A stretch of 56,847 bases of DNA from a virus (Duplodnaviria; Caudoviricetes): IMG/VR virus record IMGVR_UViG_3300042879_003989, positions 1-56,847 of that record. One strand, given 5' to 3'. A model generated the notes under the pieces. That model searched no databases. It was not told where the DNA came from and saw only the letters and a program-made list of their open reading frames with translations. The position numbers and the translations under genes were made by a program. Positions within the stretch are counted from its first letter, which is position 1; each line of letters starts with the position of its first letter. Shown piece by piece: positions 8,701 to 16,633 of this stretch.

Positions 8701-11700
8701 CCACCAGGGCGCGCACGAGCTGGTCGGCCGTCTCGTAGCCGAACATGTCGGCCACGGTCTCAGGCGCCAGGCCGTCCTTGGAGGTCATCCCGCGCAGCTT
8801 GGTCAGGTCAGGCCTGGCCAGCATGGTCTCGGGGTACATCGCGGCCAGGGCCTCGGTGTTGAGCCTGAAGCCCTTCTCGGCCTTGACCGACTCGCCCGTC
8901 ACCGGGTCAGTCGTCTCGCCCTTCTTCAGCCAGCGCATAGCGCGGTACAGCGGTTGCTGCTCGACCTCGGCCGTGACCGCCTCGCGCGTGGCCTTCTCGA
9001 CTTCGCGAGCCTCTTTCTTCAGCTTGGCGATGACCTTGTCGCGCGCCTTCACGGCCCACTTGAGGTCGGCCATCGAGCGCTTCTGCAGGCGCTCGGCCGC
9101 CTCGCCATCGGCCTGCTCGTCGGGCACCAGGCCGGCCACCTCGTTGGCCTGCTGGATCTGCTCGTCGGTGGCAAGCATGCGGTCCATCACGCGGCGGATG
9201 TCGTCGTTCAGCGGGGTCTGCTCGGCCTCGGGCCGGGCGGCCATGAACTGCTTGATCGACTGGTAGACGTTGATCAGCCAGGCGCGGAAGCGGCGCATCA
9301 GCGGCTGCAGCTCGGCGTTGGGGGCTCTACCCTCCATCACGTACTGCTCAATGCTCTCGGCCCAGCGCTCGTGGTAGGGGCGCTTCTGGTCGAGGGTGTA
9401 GCCGTTCCAGGTGGCGAGGTCAGGCACCCCGCTCCACTTCAGGAACGTGTTCATGTCCTCGACGATCTGCGCCGGTGCGCCGGGCTGGCTCGCGATGTCG
9501 GCCAGCACCTCGAGGAAGAAGTGCCCGGTCTCGTGGAACCAGGTGCTCAGGTCCGCGTTGGGGTTGAGGACGAGCTCGAGCGTGCGCGGGTTGAAGGTGC
9601 CGCGGGCGCCTTGCTCTAGCACCTCTTGGCCCTGGGCCGGTGCTGCAGGCGCCGCGGCCCGCTGCGCAGCCTGGCGCGCTGCGCGGGCCCGCTGGCGCTG
9701 CTCGCGCGCGACGCGGCGCACGGCGCGGGTCTGGTTGGCCACCGCGTTGTCGTAGGCGTTCGTGCCGGCGAACCGCTTCCCGTCCAGGCTGCTGTAGCCC
9801 CCGGTGAACGTCGGGTCGTAGACCATGAACACGACGTCGGGCTCGCCGTTGTTGTAGCGCTGCAGCGCCGCCTTGTCCCAGCCGGCGGGCGCCTGGCTGT
9901 CGTCCCAGGTCAGGCGCGACACCGCCACGAACCCGTGCGCCGAGTAGAACTCGGGCAGGATCGTGTCGAAGGCGTCGAGCTTGGTGCCGCCGGCCGAGAC
10001 GGCCAGCGCCATCACGGCGCGGCCGGCGCCGCCCTGGCTGAACACCGAGACGATGTCGCCGTCGGGCTTGAGCGCAAAGCCCGACTTGCCGTCCTTGGCC
10101 AGGAACAGCCGCATGCCGGCGTAGTCGGCCGTCGGGTAGACGTAGACCGCCGCGCCGACGGCGCCGCTGGCCTGCTTGCTGGCGGTGATCGCGTCAGCGA
10201 AGCGCTGCGCGTTGGCGGCTTCGCCCGGGGCGAGCTCGACGAACTGCGGGGCGGCGAGCTGGTTGGCCTTGAAGACCGTGCCGGCCGAGCGGCTGGGTTT
10301 CCACTCCTCGACGTACGTGACGCCGAGTGCTTTTAGAAGCCGAGCTTTTCCGCGTCCTCCATCGCCTGCTCGCGCGTAAGCCCCGGATGGTTGGCCAGCG
10401 CCATCTCGATCGGATCGGAGCCGGAGTACGGCGCGGGCGCCGATGAAGAAGCGCTTTGCCTGCTCAGTAAAGCCTCCAGCCGCTGGCGGCTGCCCGGCTC
10501 CAGCTTGAGCTCCTTGCTCTGCATTTCCTGGTCGTGCAGTTGCTGATCGTCCACCTCGAGCCTCCGTGTTCAGCGCAATGTTGATCCGCCGCGAGGTCAC
10601 CCCCGCCTTGCGAGCAACGTCCGCGGCGGCATTGGCGTAGTCCGGTGCCTCATCGTCCGCGTACCCTTCGATCGTATCATCATCTGCTAAATCCTGTTTA
10701 GCGGATTCGTACAGGCGTTTCTCGGCGTACCAGAGCACGGCCTGCAGGTCGGCCATCGTGAGATTGGCGTAGCGCTCGTCCTGGCGCAGGTTGTCCAGGA
10801 TGCGGCCGAACACCTCGCGGATGTACTTGCGCTCCAGCGGCCCGGCCGGCGCTTCCTTCTGGCCGTCCAGGTACTTGGCCAGCGAGTTGCCGGCCTTGCG
10901 CAGCTCCACGCCGGTGTCTGTCTGGTTTAGCACCTCGCGCACCGCCGGGTCGACGCTCGCCTCCTGCACGGCCACGGCGAGCTGGTCGACCGACATGTCG
11001 GCGGTGATCGGCGTGTTGATCGCCTCGGACAGTCGCGCGCGCTCGGTCTCATCGGCGGCGATCTGACGCAGCGCTTCGGCCAGGCGGTCGCGCGCCTTGC
11101 CCGTCTGCACCGGCATCGGCCGAATCAGCGTGCCCGTCCAGCGACCCCAGGTGCGGATTAGCCAGCGGTCCATGGTCAGGGCCGCGAAGTTGCCGTACAG
11201 GTTCGAGAAGAACCCGTTGCCGATCTTCGGCCCCAGGATGGCCGCGCCGCGCACCGTCACGTCGGCGTGCTCGCCGCCGGGCTTGAGCTCCTTGGCGATC
11301 GCCGTGATCTGGCCGACCGTGAAGTTGCTCTGCATGAAGCGGCGCAGGTTCTCGAGGCCCCACGTCTGCGCCAGCTCGTTGAACTGCGCGAGCGACTTGT
11401 TGATCGCGTTCTTGGCCGTGCCGATGCCGGCATTGGTCGGCATGCGCCGGTCTTCGACCTTCTTGGCCGAGGCCTTCCAGGTGCGGTACACCTGCTCGGC
11501 GATCTCGAAGTTCTTGCCGACCTTCAGGCCGTTGGAGGTGACCGCGAGCGCCCACACGAACGCCAGGCGCGCGTCCTGGTCGGTGGCGATCTCCGGGTGC
11601 ACCAGCGCCATGACGGCGAGCGCCTGGCGCGTCTTGAGGTCGTACCAGCCGATCGCGTTTTTGTTCTGCTCCAGCGCGAGCAGCGCGTCCTGCAGACCCA

Positions 11701-14005
11701 CGCGCACCAGGTACTCGGTGGTCTGGGGCGACGGCGCCCCGACGTCCACGCCGGCCGCACGTGCGAGCGCCTGCAGGCCCTCCTGCATGGCCACCTTGAG
11801 GTCGCGCCCCTTCTGCCAGACCTTGCCCTTGGCAACCTGCAGCATGTTGGCCAGCGTCGCGCCCGCGTCGACCGACTCGGGCACCGTGCCCTGCACGATC
11901 GCCGCGACGTCGTCGCTGGGTTCGACCGGGTCGCCCTGCAGGGTCTCGGCGGGTGCGGCGGGCTCTTGGTTCAGCACCTGGCCTTGCCCTGCCCGATTCA
12001 GCGCCACGATGTTGATCGCCACCGCCTCGGTGGCCATGGCCTCGCGCTCGGGGGTCATCTCGACGCCCAGGCTGCGCATCTTGGTCTCGACGCGGCGGGC
12101 GAACTCTTCCTCGCCCACGGTGTCGATCGCCTCCTGCACCTTCTCGACGGTGGGGATGTCGGCCACGGCCTGCACTTCCTGCATCGTCGCGATCGGCAGA
12201 CCCTCGCGGTCGAACTCGCGCGCCGGCGCATTGAGCACATCGCCCTGCCCGCCCTGCCCCGTCGGTGCGCCCAGCACCCGCAACCGGTAGCGCTGGTACA
12301 TCTCCTCGGGCGTGATTCCAAGGCGCGCGCTGTAGGCCGTGTAGAACGCGCTGGCCCAAGAGGCCATGCCCTCGTTGACCTGGCCGCGGTAGCGCCCGGC
12401 CGTGTTGAGGTCGGTCAGGATCGACTGGCGCACGGCCTCGGAGCTCGCGCGCATGGCCTCCTGATCCTGCGCCTGGGCGATGACGCGCTGGGCCTCCTGC
12501 TGCAGGAACTGCTGCGCCTGCTTGCCGGCCTCCTCGGCCTCGACCAGGCTCGGCGCGTCGGGCGCGCTGCGGGCGTTCTGCATGAACACCTCGGCCTGGG
12601 GCGTGCCGGGCGTCACGGTCAGCACGTCAGCCAGCTTGACTGCCACCGGCGCGTTGGCGAGCAGCGCCTCAGGCAGCGCCTCGGCCACGCCCTCCATGCG
12701 CTGCAGCAGCTCGGGCGGCATCTGGTTGAGCACCTCGGCGTCAACGTACACCGAGCCGTCCTCGGCCATCTCGGTCATCAGCGCGCGGAACTGCTCGGGC
12801 GAGCGCTCGCGCAGCTTCGACGCCTCCGCTGCCCGCAGCGCCTGCTCCAGCGCCTGGGCCGTCAAGCCCGCGCGCTGCATGTTGGCGCCGTCGCGCGTGG
12901 CGCGCGAGATCATGGCCTCCAGGCCCTTGGCCACCGCGACGTTGCCACCCGTTCCAACGATCGTTGCAACCAGCGTCTGCGCCGCGGCGCTCGGCCGCTC
13001 CTCCAGGTAGCTCGTGAACGGCTTCTCGGGGTTCAGGATCGCCCACTCGTTCAGGTCTTGCAGCACGGTGGCGATCTGTTCGCCGGGCACCTCCAGCAGC
13101 ACCTGGCGGCCCAGGATCTGCAGGAACCCCGCGCCGGCGCGCACGTCCTTGAGCAGTGCGCCCAGCGGCAGCTTCTCGGTGGCGTACTCGATCGCGGCCT
13201 GCGAGGCGGCAAACGGCAGCGCCTGCGACATCGGCAGGCCCTTCTCGCGCGCCTGCTGGTAGGCGTCGCCGCCGGTGAACGCGGTCATGCCCGACAGCGC
13301 GAACCCCTGGCCGCCCGGCAGGAACGCCGCGGGCAGCGTGATCAGGTTCTGGGTGAGCGACTCGATGCCGCTGAAGAACCCGCCCTCGATGACACCCTCG
13401 GTCTTCGGGCGCGCGGCCTGGGCCGTCTGCCCAGCCGCCTGGCCCTGCAGCGCGAAGCCCTCGGCCAGGCGGCGCAGCGGGTTGCCGCCGGGAAACGGCA
13501 CGCGGGGCAGCAGGCCCGGGCTCGTGGCCAGCGGGTCGACGGGCTCGAAGATGTCCAGCGCCGGCGCGACGAGCTCGAGCCCCGCCTGGAACGTGCCGGC
13601 GGCGCCGCGGCTGGCGCGGAACACGCCGGCCTTCATGGCGCCGCCCAGGTCGCCGACGAAGTTGCCGACCTTGGTCAGCACCGGGATGTCGTCCTGCGCC
13701 ATGGCGGCGAGCTTCACGTCGCGGCGCATGAGCTCGCGCAGCATCGGCGCCTTCTGCAGGTCGCTGTCCGAGAGGTCGAGCACCTCCTGCAGCCGGTAGG
13801 CCTCGAGGTCCTGCACGATGACCTCGGCCGGCGCCGGGTAGCGCTTGGCCAGGCGCTCGGCCTCGGCCATCGCGTCGGGCTTGATCGTGACGGCGGTGCT
13901 CAGGACCTGGCGCGGGGTCGGCCCCACGATCGGGTCTTTGTCCCAGGGGGCGGCGGGAGCGCTGGGTTGGGCCGGCGGCGTGATGGGGTCGTTCTGCCAG
14001 CTCAT
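5723..14005 (-). CDS. Giant internal virion/ejection protein (gp16 position), polyvalent: HhH-glycosylase-like, GNAT and HExxH zincin domains
   Basis: 2760 aa from MSWQND (ATGA overlap); GWY...TS...GPK...NL.G...TMDRW..R...QAVLW; KLDAFD..L.EFY..HGF; HETGH at 9521-9535. Confidence 0.85.
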   Translation of the reverse strand: MSWQNDPITPPAQPSAPAAPWDKDPIVGPTPRQVLSTAVTIKPDAMAEAERLAKRYPAPAEVIVQDLEAYRLQEVLDLSDSDLQKAPMLRELMRRDVKLAAMAQDDIPVLTKVGNFVGDLGGAMKAGVFRASRGAAGTFQAGLELVAPALDIFEPVDPLATSPGLLPRVPFPGGNPLRRLAEGFALQGQAAGQTAQAARPKTEGVIEGGFFSGIESLTQNLITLPAAFLPGGQGFALSGMTAFTGGDAYQQAREKGLPMSQALPFAASQAAIEYATEKLPLGALLKDVRAGAGFLQILGRQVLLEVPGEQIATVLQDLNEWAILNPEKPFTSYLEERPSAAAQTLVATIVGTGGNVAVAKGLEAMISRATRDGANMQRAGLTAQALEQALRAAEASKLRERSPEQFRALMTEMAEDGSVYVDAEVLNQMPPELLQRMEGVAEALPEALLANAPVAVKLADVLTVTPGTPQAEVFMQNARSAPDAPSLVEAEEAGKQAQQFLQQEAQRVIAQAQDQEAMRASSEAVRQSILTDLNTAGRYRGQVNEGMASWASAFYTAYSARLGITPEEMYQRYRLRVLGAPTGQGGQGDVLNAPAREFDREGLPIATMQEVQAVADIPTVEKVQEAIDTVGEEEFARRVETKMRSLGVEMTPEREAMATEAVAINIVALNRAGQGQVLNQEPAAPAETLQGDPVEPSDDVAAIVQGTVPESVDAGATLANMLQVAKGKVWQKGRDLKVAMQEGLQALARAAGVDVGAPSPQTTEYLVRVGLQDALLALEQNKNAIGWYDLKTRQALAVMALVHPEIATDQDARLAFVWALAVTSNGLKVGKNFEIAEQVYRTWKASAKKVEDRRMPTNAGIGTAKNAINKSLAQFNELAQTWGLENLRRFMQSNFTVGQITAIAKELKPGGEHADVTVRGAAILGPKIGNGFFSNLYGNFAALTMDRWLIRTWGRWTGTLIRPMPVQTGKARDRLAEALRQIAADETERARLSEAINTPITADMSVDQLAVAVQEASVDPAVREVLNQTDTGVELRKAGNSLAKYLDGQKEAPAGPLERKYIREVFGRILDNLRQDERYANLTMADLQAVLWYAEKRLYESAKQDLADDDTIEGYADDEAPDYANAAADVARKAGVTSRRINIALNTEARGGRSATARPGNAEQGAQAGAGQPPAAGGFTEQAKRFFIGARAVLRLRSDRDGAGQPSGAYARAGDGGRGKARLLKALGVTYVEEWKPSRSAGTVFKANQLAAPQFVELAPGEAANAQRFADAITASKQASGAVGAAVYVYPTADYAGMRLFLAKDGKSGFALKPDGDIVSVFSQGGAGRAVMALAVSAGGTKLDAFDTILPEFYSAHGFVAVSRLTWDDSQAPAGWDKAALQRYNNGEPDVVFMVYDPTFTGGYSSLDGKRFAGTNAYDNAVANQTRAVRRVAREQRQRARAARQAAQRAAAPAAPAQGQEVLEQGARGTFNPRTLELVLNPNADLSTWFHETGHFFLEVLADIASQPGAPAQIVEDMNTFLKWSGVPDLATWNGYTLDQKRPYHERWAESIEQYVMEGRAPNAELQPLMRRFRAWLINVYQSIKQFMAARPEAEQTPLNDDIRRVMDRMLATDEQIQQANEVAGLVPDEQADGEAAERLQKRSMADLKWAVKARDKVIAKLKKEAREVEKATREAVTAEVEQQPLYRAMRWLKKGETTDPVTGESVKAEKGFRLNTEALAAMYPETMLARPDLTKLRGMTSKDGLAPETVADMFGYETADQLVRALVDATPMSEVVDALTERRMLEEHGDLIDERAIQEAANEAVHNEARARSLATELRTQQEMLGQRTDTGQVNARGARITVNALIEAAKQFGANVVARTSLRDLKATAWKHTAAERRAGKRWQEHTAKGETADAVKAKQDQVLNNAAAKAALDAATEAKKILEFFKRVTKGNDEKVVEKGRDPDIVNAARAVLAAYGIETPTTKAAAAYLEALQQNDPETAAVVGPMILQATQNAQPLEALTFEELQGLHESIQAMWHLAKRSRQMEVDGDLMDIDDAADELYTRMEEIGIPDTVPGESGALTKAELIKRAVLQQAPALLRRVEQWAEAKDGKFGGPFLRLIFQPIKDAADRYRAERLEYRKKFQALVDNIAPMMPTQPIEAPELNYTFGRGHNGIGMAELLHAILHTGNESNKRKLLLGRGWATELPDGTLDTSRWDAFIQRLANSGVLQREHFDFAQGVWDLLEQTKPLAQKTHRDVFGRYFAEVTADTFTDPFGVARRGGYVPAQADPLLVQDAELRDLLETENAGMSYAFPQTNRGFTKSRVEYNRPLKLDLRSLPQHIDKVLLFSHMESPVRAAARLIKRPKVSQPLGRIDPAAISGVLKPWLNRSARQTVETPISADAGLNRMMSTIRGRVGMALMFANLSNTLQQITGVSSAAIKVRPALMMRAVAEYVASPKKFSQAVWDASPYMADRASNEVAVLSDTLEKILINPSVYESAEQFTRRHSYFLQTAFDNVLSPIIWQAAYNQGLVEGMEERMAIRYADGVIRQTQGSTLPEDVSRIETGPAYARIFTQFVGYFNMLANTNATALQQIAREQGLKKGAGKAFSVLMLGLMVPIWVAEAIALAFKGGPDDEDDDGYLDDWLAQVIGFGTIKGVLSGIPFVGALGQSVVNRFNDQPADDKFSLSPTVSVLESAAGAPASVYKAIVDDASAQKAVRDVAALVTVTTGLPAMTLARPVGYGAGVAQGRIEPTSAADAARGLVTGTASPESKQR
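10333..10554 (-). CDS. Nested 73-aa gene overprinted in the +1 frame of the ejection protein gene
   Basis: GGAGG 6 nt before GTG; host frame switches to A/T-ending codons (CGA GGT GGA CGA TCA GCA); protein-like C-terminus DPIEMALANHPGLTREQAMEDAEKLGF. Confidence 0.7.
   Translation of the reverse strand: MDDQQLHDQEMQSKELKLEPGSRQRLEALLSRQSASSSAPAPYSGSDPIEMALANHPGLTREQAMEDAEKLGF
10671..10700 (-). promoter_or_regulatory. Intragenic extended -10 promoter for nested gene 1, with operator-like half site
   Basis: GATTTAGCAGATGATGA-TACGAT; AT-rich island; 9/10 inverted repeat at 10682-10706. Confidence 0.6.
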
Positions 14006-15570
14006 TGCTTCGTGCGCTGATTGCCCTGGGGGTCGATGTAGACGGTGCCCTTGGGCAGCCGGGCCCACTCCTCGGTGGTGGTGATGCGCACCGGGGCGGC
14101 CGGCGCGGCGCCCACACCGAGGGCCTTGTTGCGCACCTCACGGTCGGCCTTGAACGCGGGGTCTTTCGTGTCCCACAAGAACCCGGGCTTCGTGACGATC
14201 TCGCGATTCAGGTCGCGCATGATCTTCTCGCGCTCGTCGTAGGTGGGCTCCTTGCCGGTGCGCTTGAGGTGTTCGTTGAACAGGTCGTAGGCGGCCGACT
14301 GGAACTTGCCCACGTTCTCGCCCTTGAGATCGAGCGAGCGCGTGAACGCGGCGAGCTGCTGCTCGGAGGTTGCCACCTCGGGCGCCTTCGACGGCGTGCG
14401 GGCCTTGGTTTGGATGTCGAGCAGTTGCTCCATCTGCGCCGGGGCGACCTTGGTCGTGAGCGCCACCAGGTTGACCTTCTCGCCCGCGGCGAGCTTCTCG
14501 CGCGCGTCGATGTAGGTGGCCCAGTCGGTCTTGACCGGCGTGCCCTCGGCGACCTGCTTGGCGCGCGTCCTGACGTAGTCCTGGAGCTGCACGCGGTTGC
14601 GCCCGTCCATCTGCGCGAGCAGCGACTCGGGCACCTTCTTGCCCTGCCCCACCAGTTGCCAGGCCTGATCGCTCACGGCCGCCTCGCGCTCCTGCTGCGC
14701 GGCCTTGACCATGGCCTGGTTGTTGCGGATCTGGGTGAGGGCCTTCTCGCGCCGTTCCGGGTTCTCGATCTTGGCCGCCTCGGCGAGCTGCTCGCTCAGG
14801 GGCTTCGTGGCCACGCGCGCGGCGAACTGCGTCGCGAACTGGTTGTCAGCCTCGCCCTTGAGCACCTGCTCCACGCGCGGCTGCGCCGTGGCCGGGATCT
14901 CGCCCTTGTTCGCGTCGTAGTAGGCCTGGGCCTGGGCCGCGTCGCGCTCGACCAGGCGCTGGATGTGCGTCACGTGCAGGGTGCCCAGCAGGCGCTGCTG
15001 CTCGGCCTGCACGAGCTCGGTGGTCCAGCCCTTGCGCGCGCCCTTCTCGGCGGCGATCTGGCGCACGCGCGCGGCGGCGCCCGCGGTGTCGCCGGTGTCA
15101 ACCCCGAACTCGATCGAGCTCTGCGCGGCGGCCTCGGACTGATCGTCGGCGAAGCGCTCCTTCTCGGAGTTGACGTAGCTCGACACCGAGCCGAACGCCT
15201 GGTTGCGCTTGCGCCCGAGCGCCTGGCCGATGCGCGCCTGGGCCATGGGCGAGGCGTTGCCGGCGTAGGCGGTCTTGGCGTTGTCCCACCACTTGGTGGC
15301 CTCGGTCTGGTACTGCTCGACGTTCTGCCCGCGATACTTGGGCCGGTTGGCCGCGTCCCACTCCAGCCAGCCGCGCGTGATCTCGTCGTCGATGCGGTTG
15401 GCCTCGACCTCTACGTCGCGCTGCACCCGCCGGTCGGCCACCTCGCCAATCACGCCGGCCGCGCGCGCCAGCGCCTGGGTGCCCGAGCTCACGTCGGGCG
15501 TGCGCCCGAACACCGGCTGCAGTGCCTGGGTGCGGACCTGCGGGCCCTCGTACAGCGGAACCTGGGGCAT
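14002..15570 (-). CDS. Internal virion/ejection protein (gp15 position)
   Basis: Helical 522 aa starting MPQVP.Y; synteny. Confidence 0.75.
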   Translation of the reverse strand: MPQVPLYEGPQVRTQALQPVFGRTPDVSSGTQALARAAGVIGEVADRRVQRDVEVEANRIDDEITRGWLEWDAANRPKYRGQNVEQYQTEATKWWDNAKTAYAGNASPMAQARIGQALGRKRNQAFGSVSSYVNSEKERFADDQSEAAAQSSIEFGVDTGDTAGAAARVRQIAAEKGARKGWTTELVQAEQQRLLGTLHVTHIQRLVERDAAQAQAYYDANKGEIPATAQPRVEQVLKGEADNQFATQFAARVATKPLSEQLAEAAKIENPERREKALTQIRNNQAMVKAAQQEREAAVSDQAWQLVGQGKKVPESLLAQMDGRNRVQLQDYVRTRAKQVAEGTPVKTDWATYIDAREKLAAGEKVNLVALTTKVAPAQMEQLLDIQTKARTPSKAPEVATSEQQLAAFTRSLDLKGENVGKFQSAAYDLFNEHLKRTGKEPTYDEREKIMRDLNREIVTKPGFLWDTKDPAFKADREVRNKALGVGAAPAAPVRITTTEEWARLPKGTVYIDPQGNQRTKQ

Positions 15571-15573
15571 CGG

Positions 15574-16164
15574 TCAGGGCCCCTTGGGCTTCTTGGGGTT
15601 GTAGGTGTTCCACTTGTCGGACACCGAACCTGCGGTGCCCAGCAGCGTGGAGAACGCCTGCATGTTGGCGTTGCGCGCGGCCATGCGGCCCTCGTAGCTC
15701 TCGAGCGCGCCGCGGGCCCGGGAGCTCCAGGCCTCGCGCGCGGCGTTGCCCCGCGCCGTGGCGGCGTCGGTCTCGCCGAAGAAGTCGGTCTGGTCCTGGA
15801 TCTCGGCGGCGGTGCCCGTGCCGAGGTCGAGGCCGCGGCTCGCCATGAGCGCGCGCTGCGTGCCCTTGAGCCCGGCGGCCTTGCGCTGGATGGCGGCGGC
15901 GTCTTCCTCGCCGCGGCGCTGTGCGTCCTGCGCGGCGTACTCGGCCATCGTGGCGTTGTAGTTCGCCATCTGCTTGGCGGCCTGGCCCTGCTGGTACATG
16001 GCCCCGGCGCTCATCACGCCCGCGCCTGCCGTGGCGCCAAGTGCTAGGGCGGCCATCGGGGTCAGCGCGGCCGACATGCCCAGCGCGGCAGCGCCGGCAG
16101 CGGTGCCTGTACCTGCGGCCGTAAGCGCTGTGGTCAGCACGCCAAGGGTTACTGGCTCACACAT
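15574..16164 (-). CDS. Internal virion/ejection protein (gp14 position)
   Basis: MCEPVT start, Ala/Gly-rich, G.QRA.MA..G.D motif; synteny. Confidence 0.75.
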   Translation of the reverse strand: MCEPVTLGVLTTALTAAGTGTAAGAAALGMSAALTPMAALALGATAGAGVMSAGAMYQQGQAAKQMANYNATMAEYAAQDAQRRGEEDAAAIQRKAAGLKGTQRALMASRGLDLGTGTAAEIQDQTDFFGETDAATARGNAAREAWSSRARGALESYEGRMAARNANMQAFSTLLGTAGSVSDKWNTYNPKKPKGP

Positions 16165-16633
16165 CGCGTCGCATCTCGAACGGGTAGAACGACTCGCCGT
16201 GCGGCGGCACGGCCACGGCCGGCCCGAACTCAAACCCGAGCCGCTTCAGCCACTGCACGGCCACGGTGTTGCGGGCGTGCACGGCGTTGTACAGGCGCGG
16301 GTAGTCGGCCAGCATGGCGGCAATGTAGGCCCGGGCGTAGCGCTGAAGGACACGCGCGTGGCGCGCGACGAGCTCGGTGCCGAGCATCCACGGCACGCCG
16401 ACCGGCGCAAGTACGGTGCCGTGCTCGCCGCAGCCGTAGAGTGCCGCGGGCTGCCCGTCGATCAGGGCCACGAACGCCCAGCGCGAGCGCTCGATCGAGG
16501 CCGTGAGCGCCTGGTGCGGGTCGCTCCAGCCGGCCGCGCGCAGCTCCTCGAGGTCCTGCGCGCGCAGCCGCGCGGCGAGCGTGCTGATGAGCGCCGCGCT
16601 CGGCGCGACGATCTCAACCGCCGGTCGCGACAT
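16157..16633 (-). CDS. T7 gp13-like assembly protein (GNAT-like fold)
   Basis: LR..D..E, PW.LGT, N.V...N..A..WLK.LGF. Confidence 0.8.
   Translation of the reverse strand: MSRPAVEIVAPSAALISTLAARLRAQDLEELRAAGWSDPHQALTASIERSRWAFVALIDGQPAALYGCGEHGTVLAPVGVPWMLGTELVARHARVLQRYARAYIAAMLADYPRLYNAVHARNTVAVQWLKRLGFEFGPAVAVPPHGESFYPFEMRRDV

Noticed and set aside
9616-9840. Third nested +1 gene ending at the TAG inside VLEQ (GTG CTA GAG)
   Set aside because: Same stop position as in prophage 2, but no start with SD was found in the span I read and host codons look normal; possibly a relic
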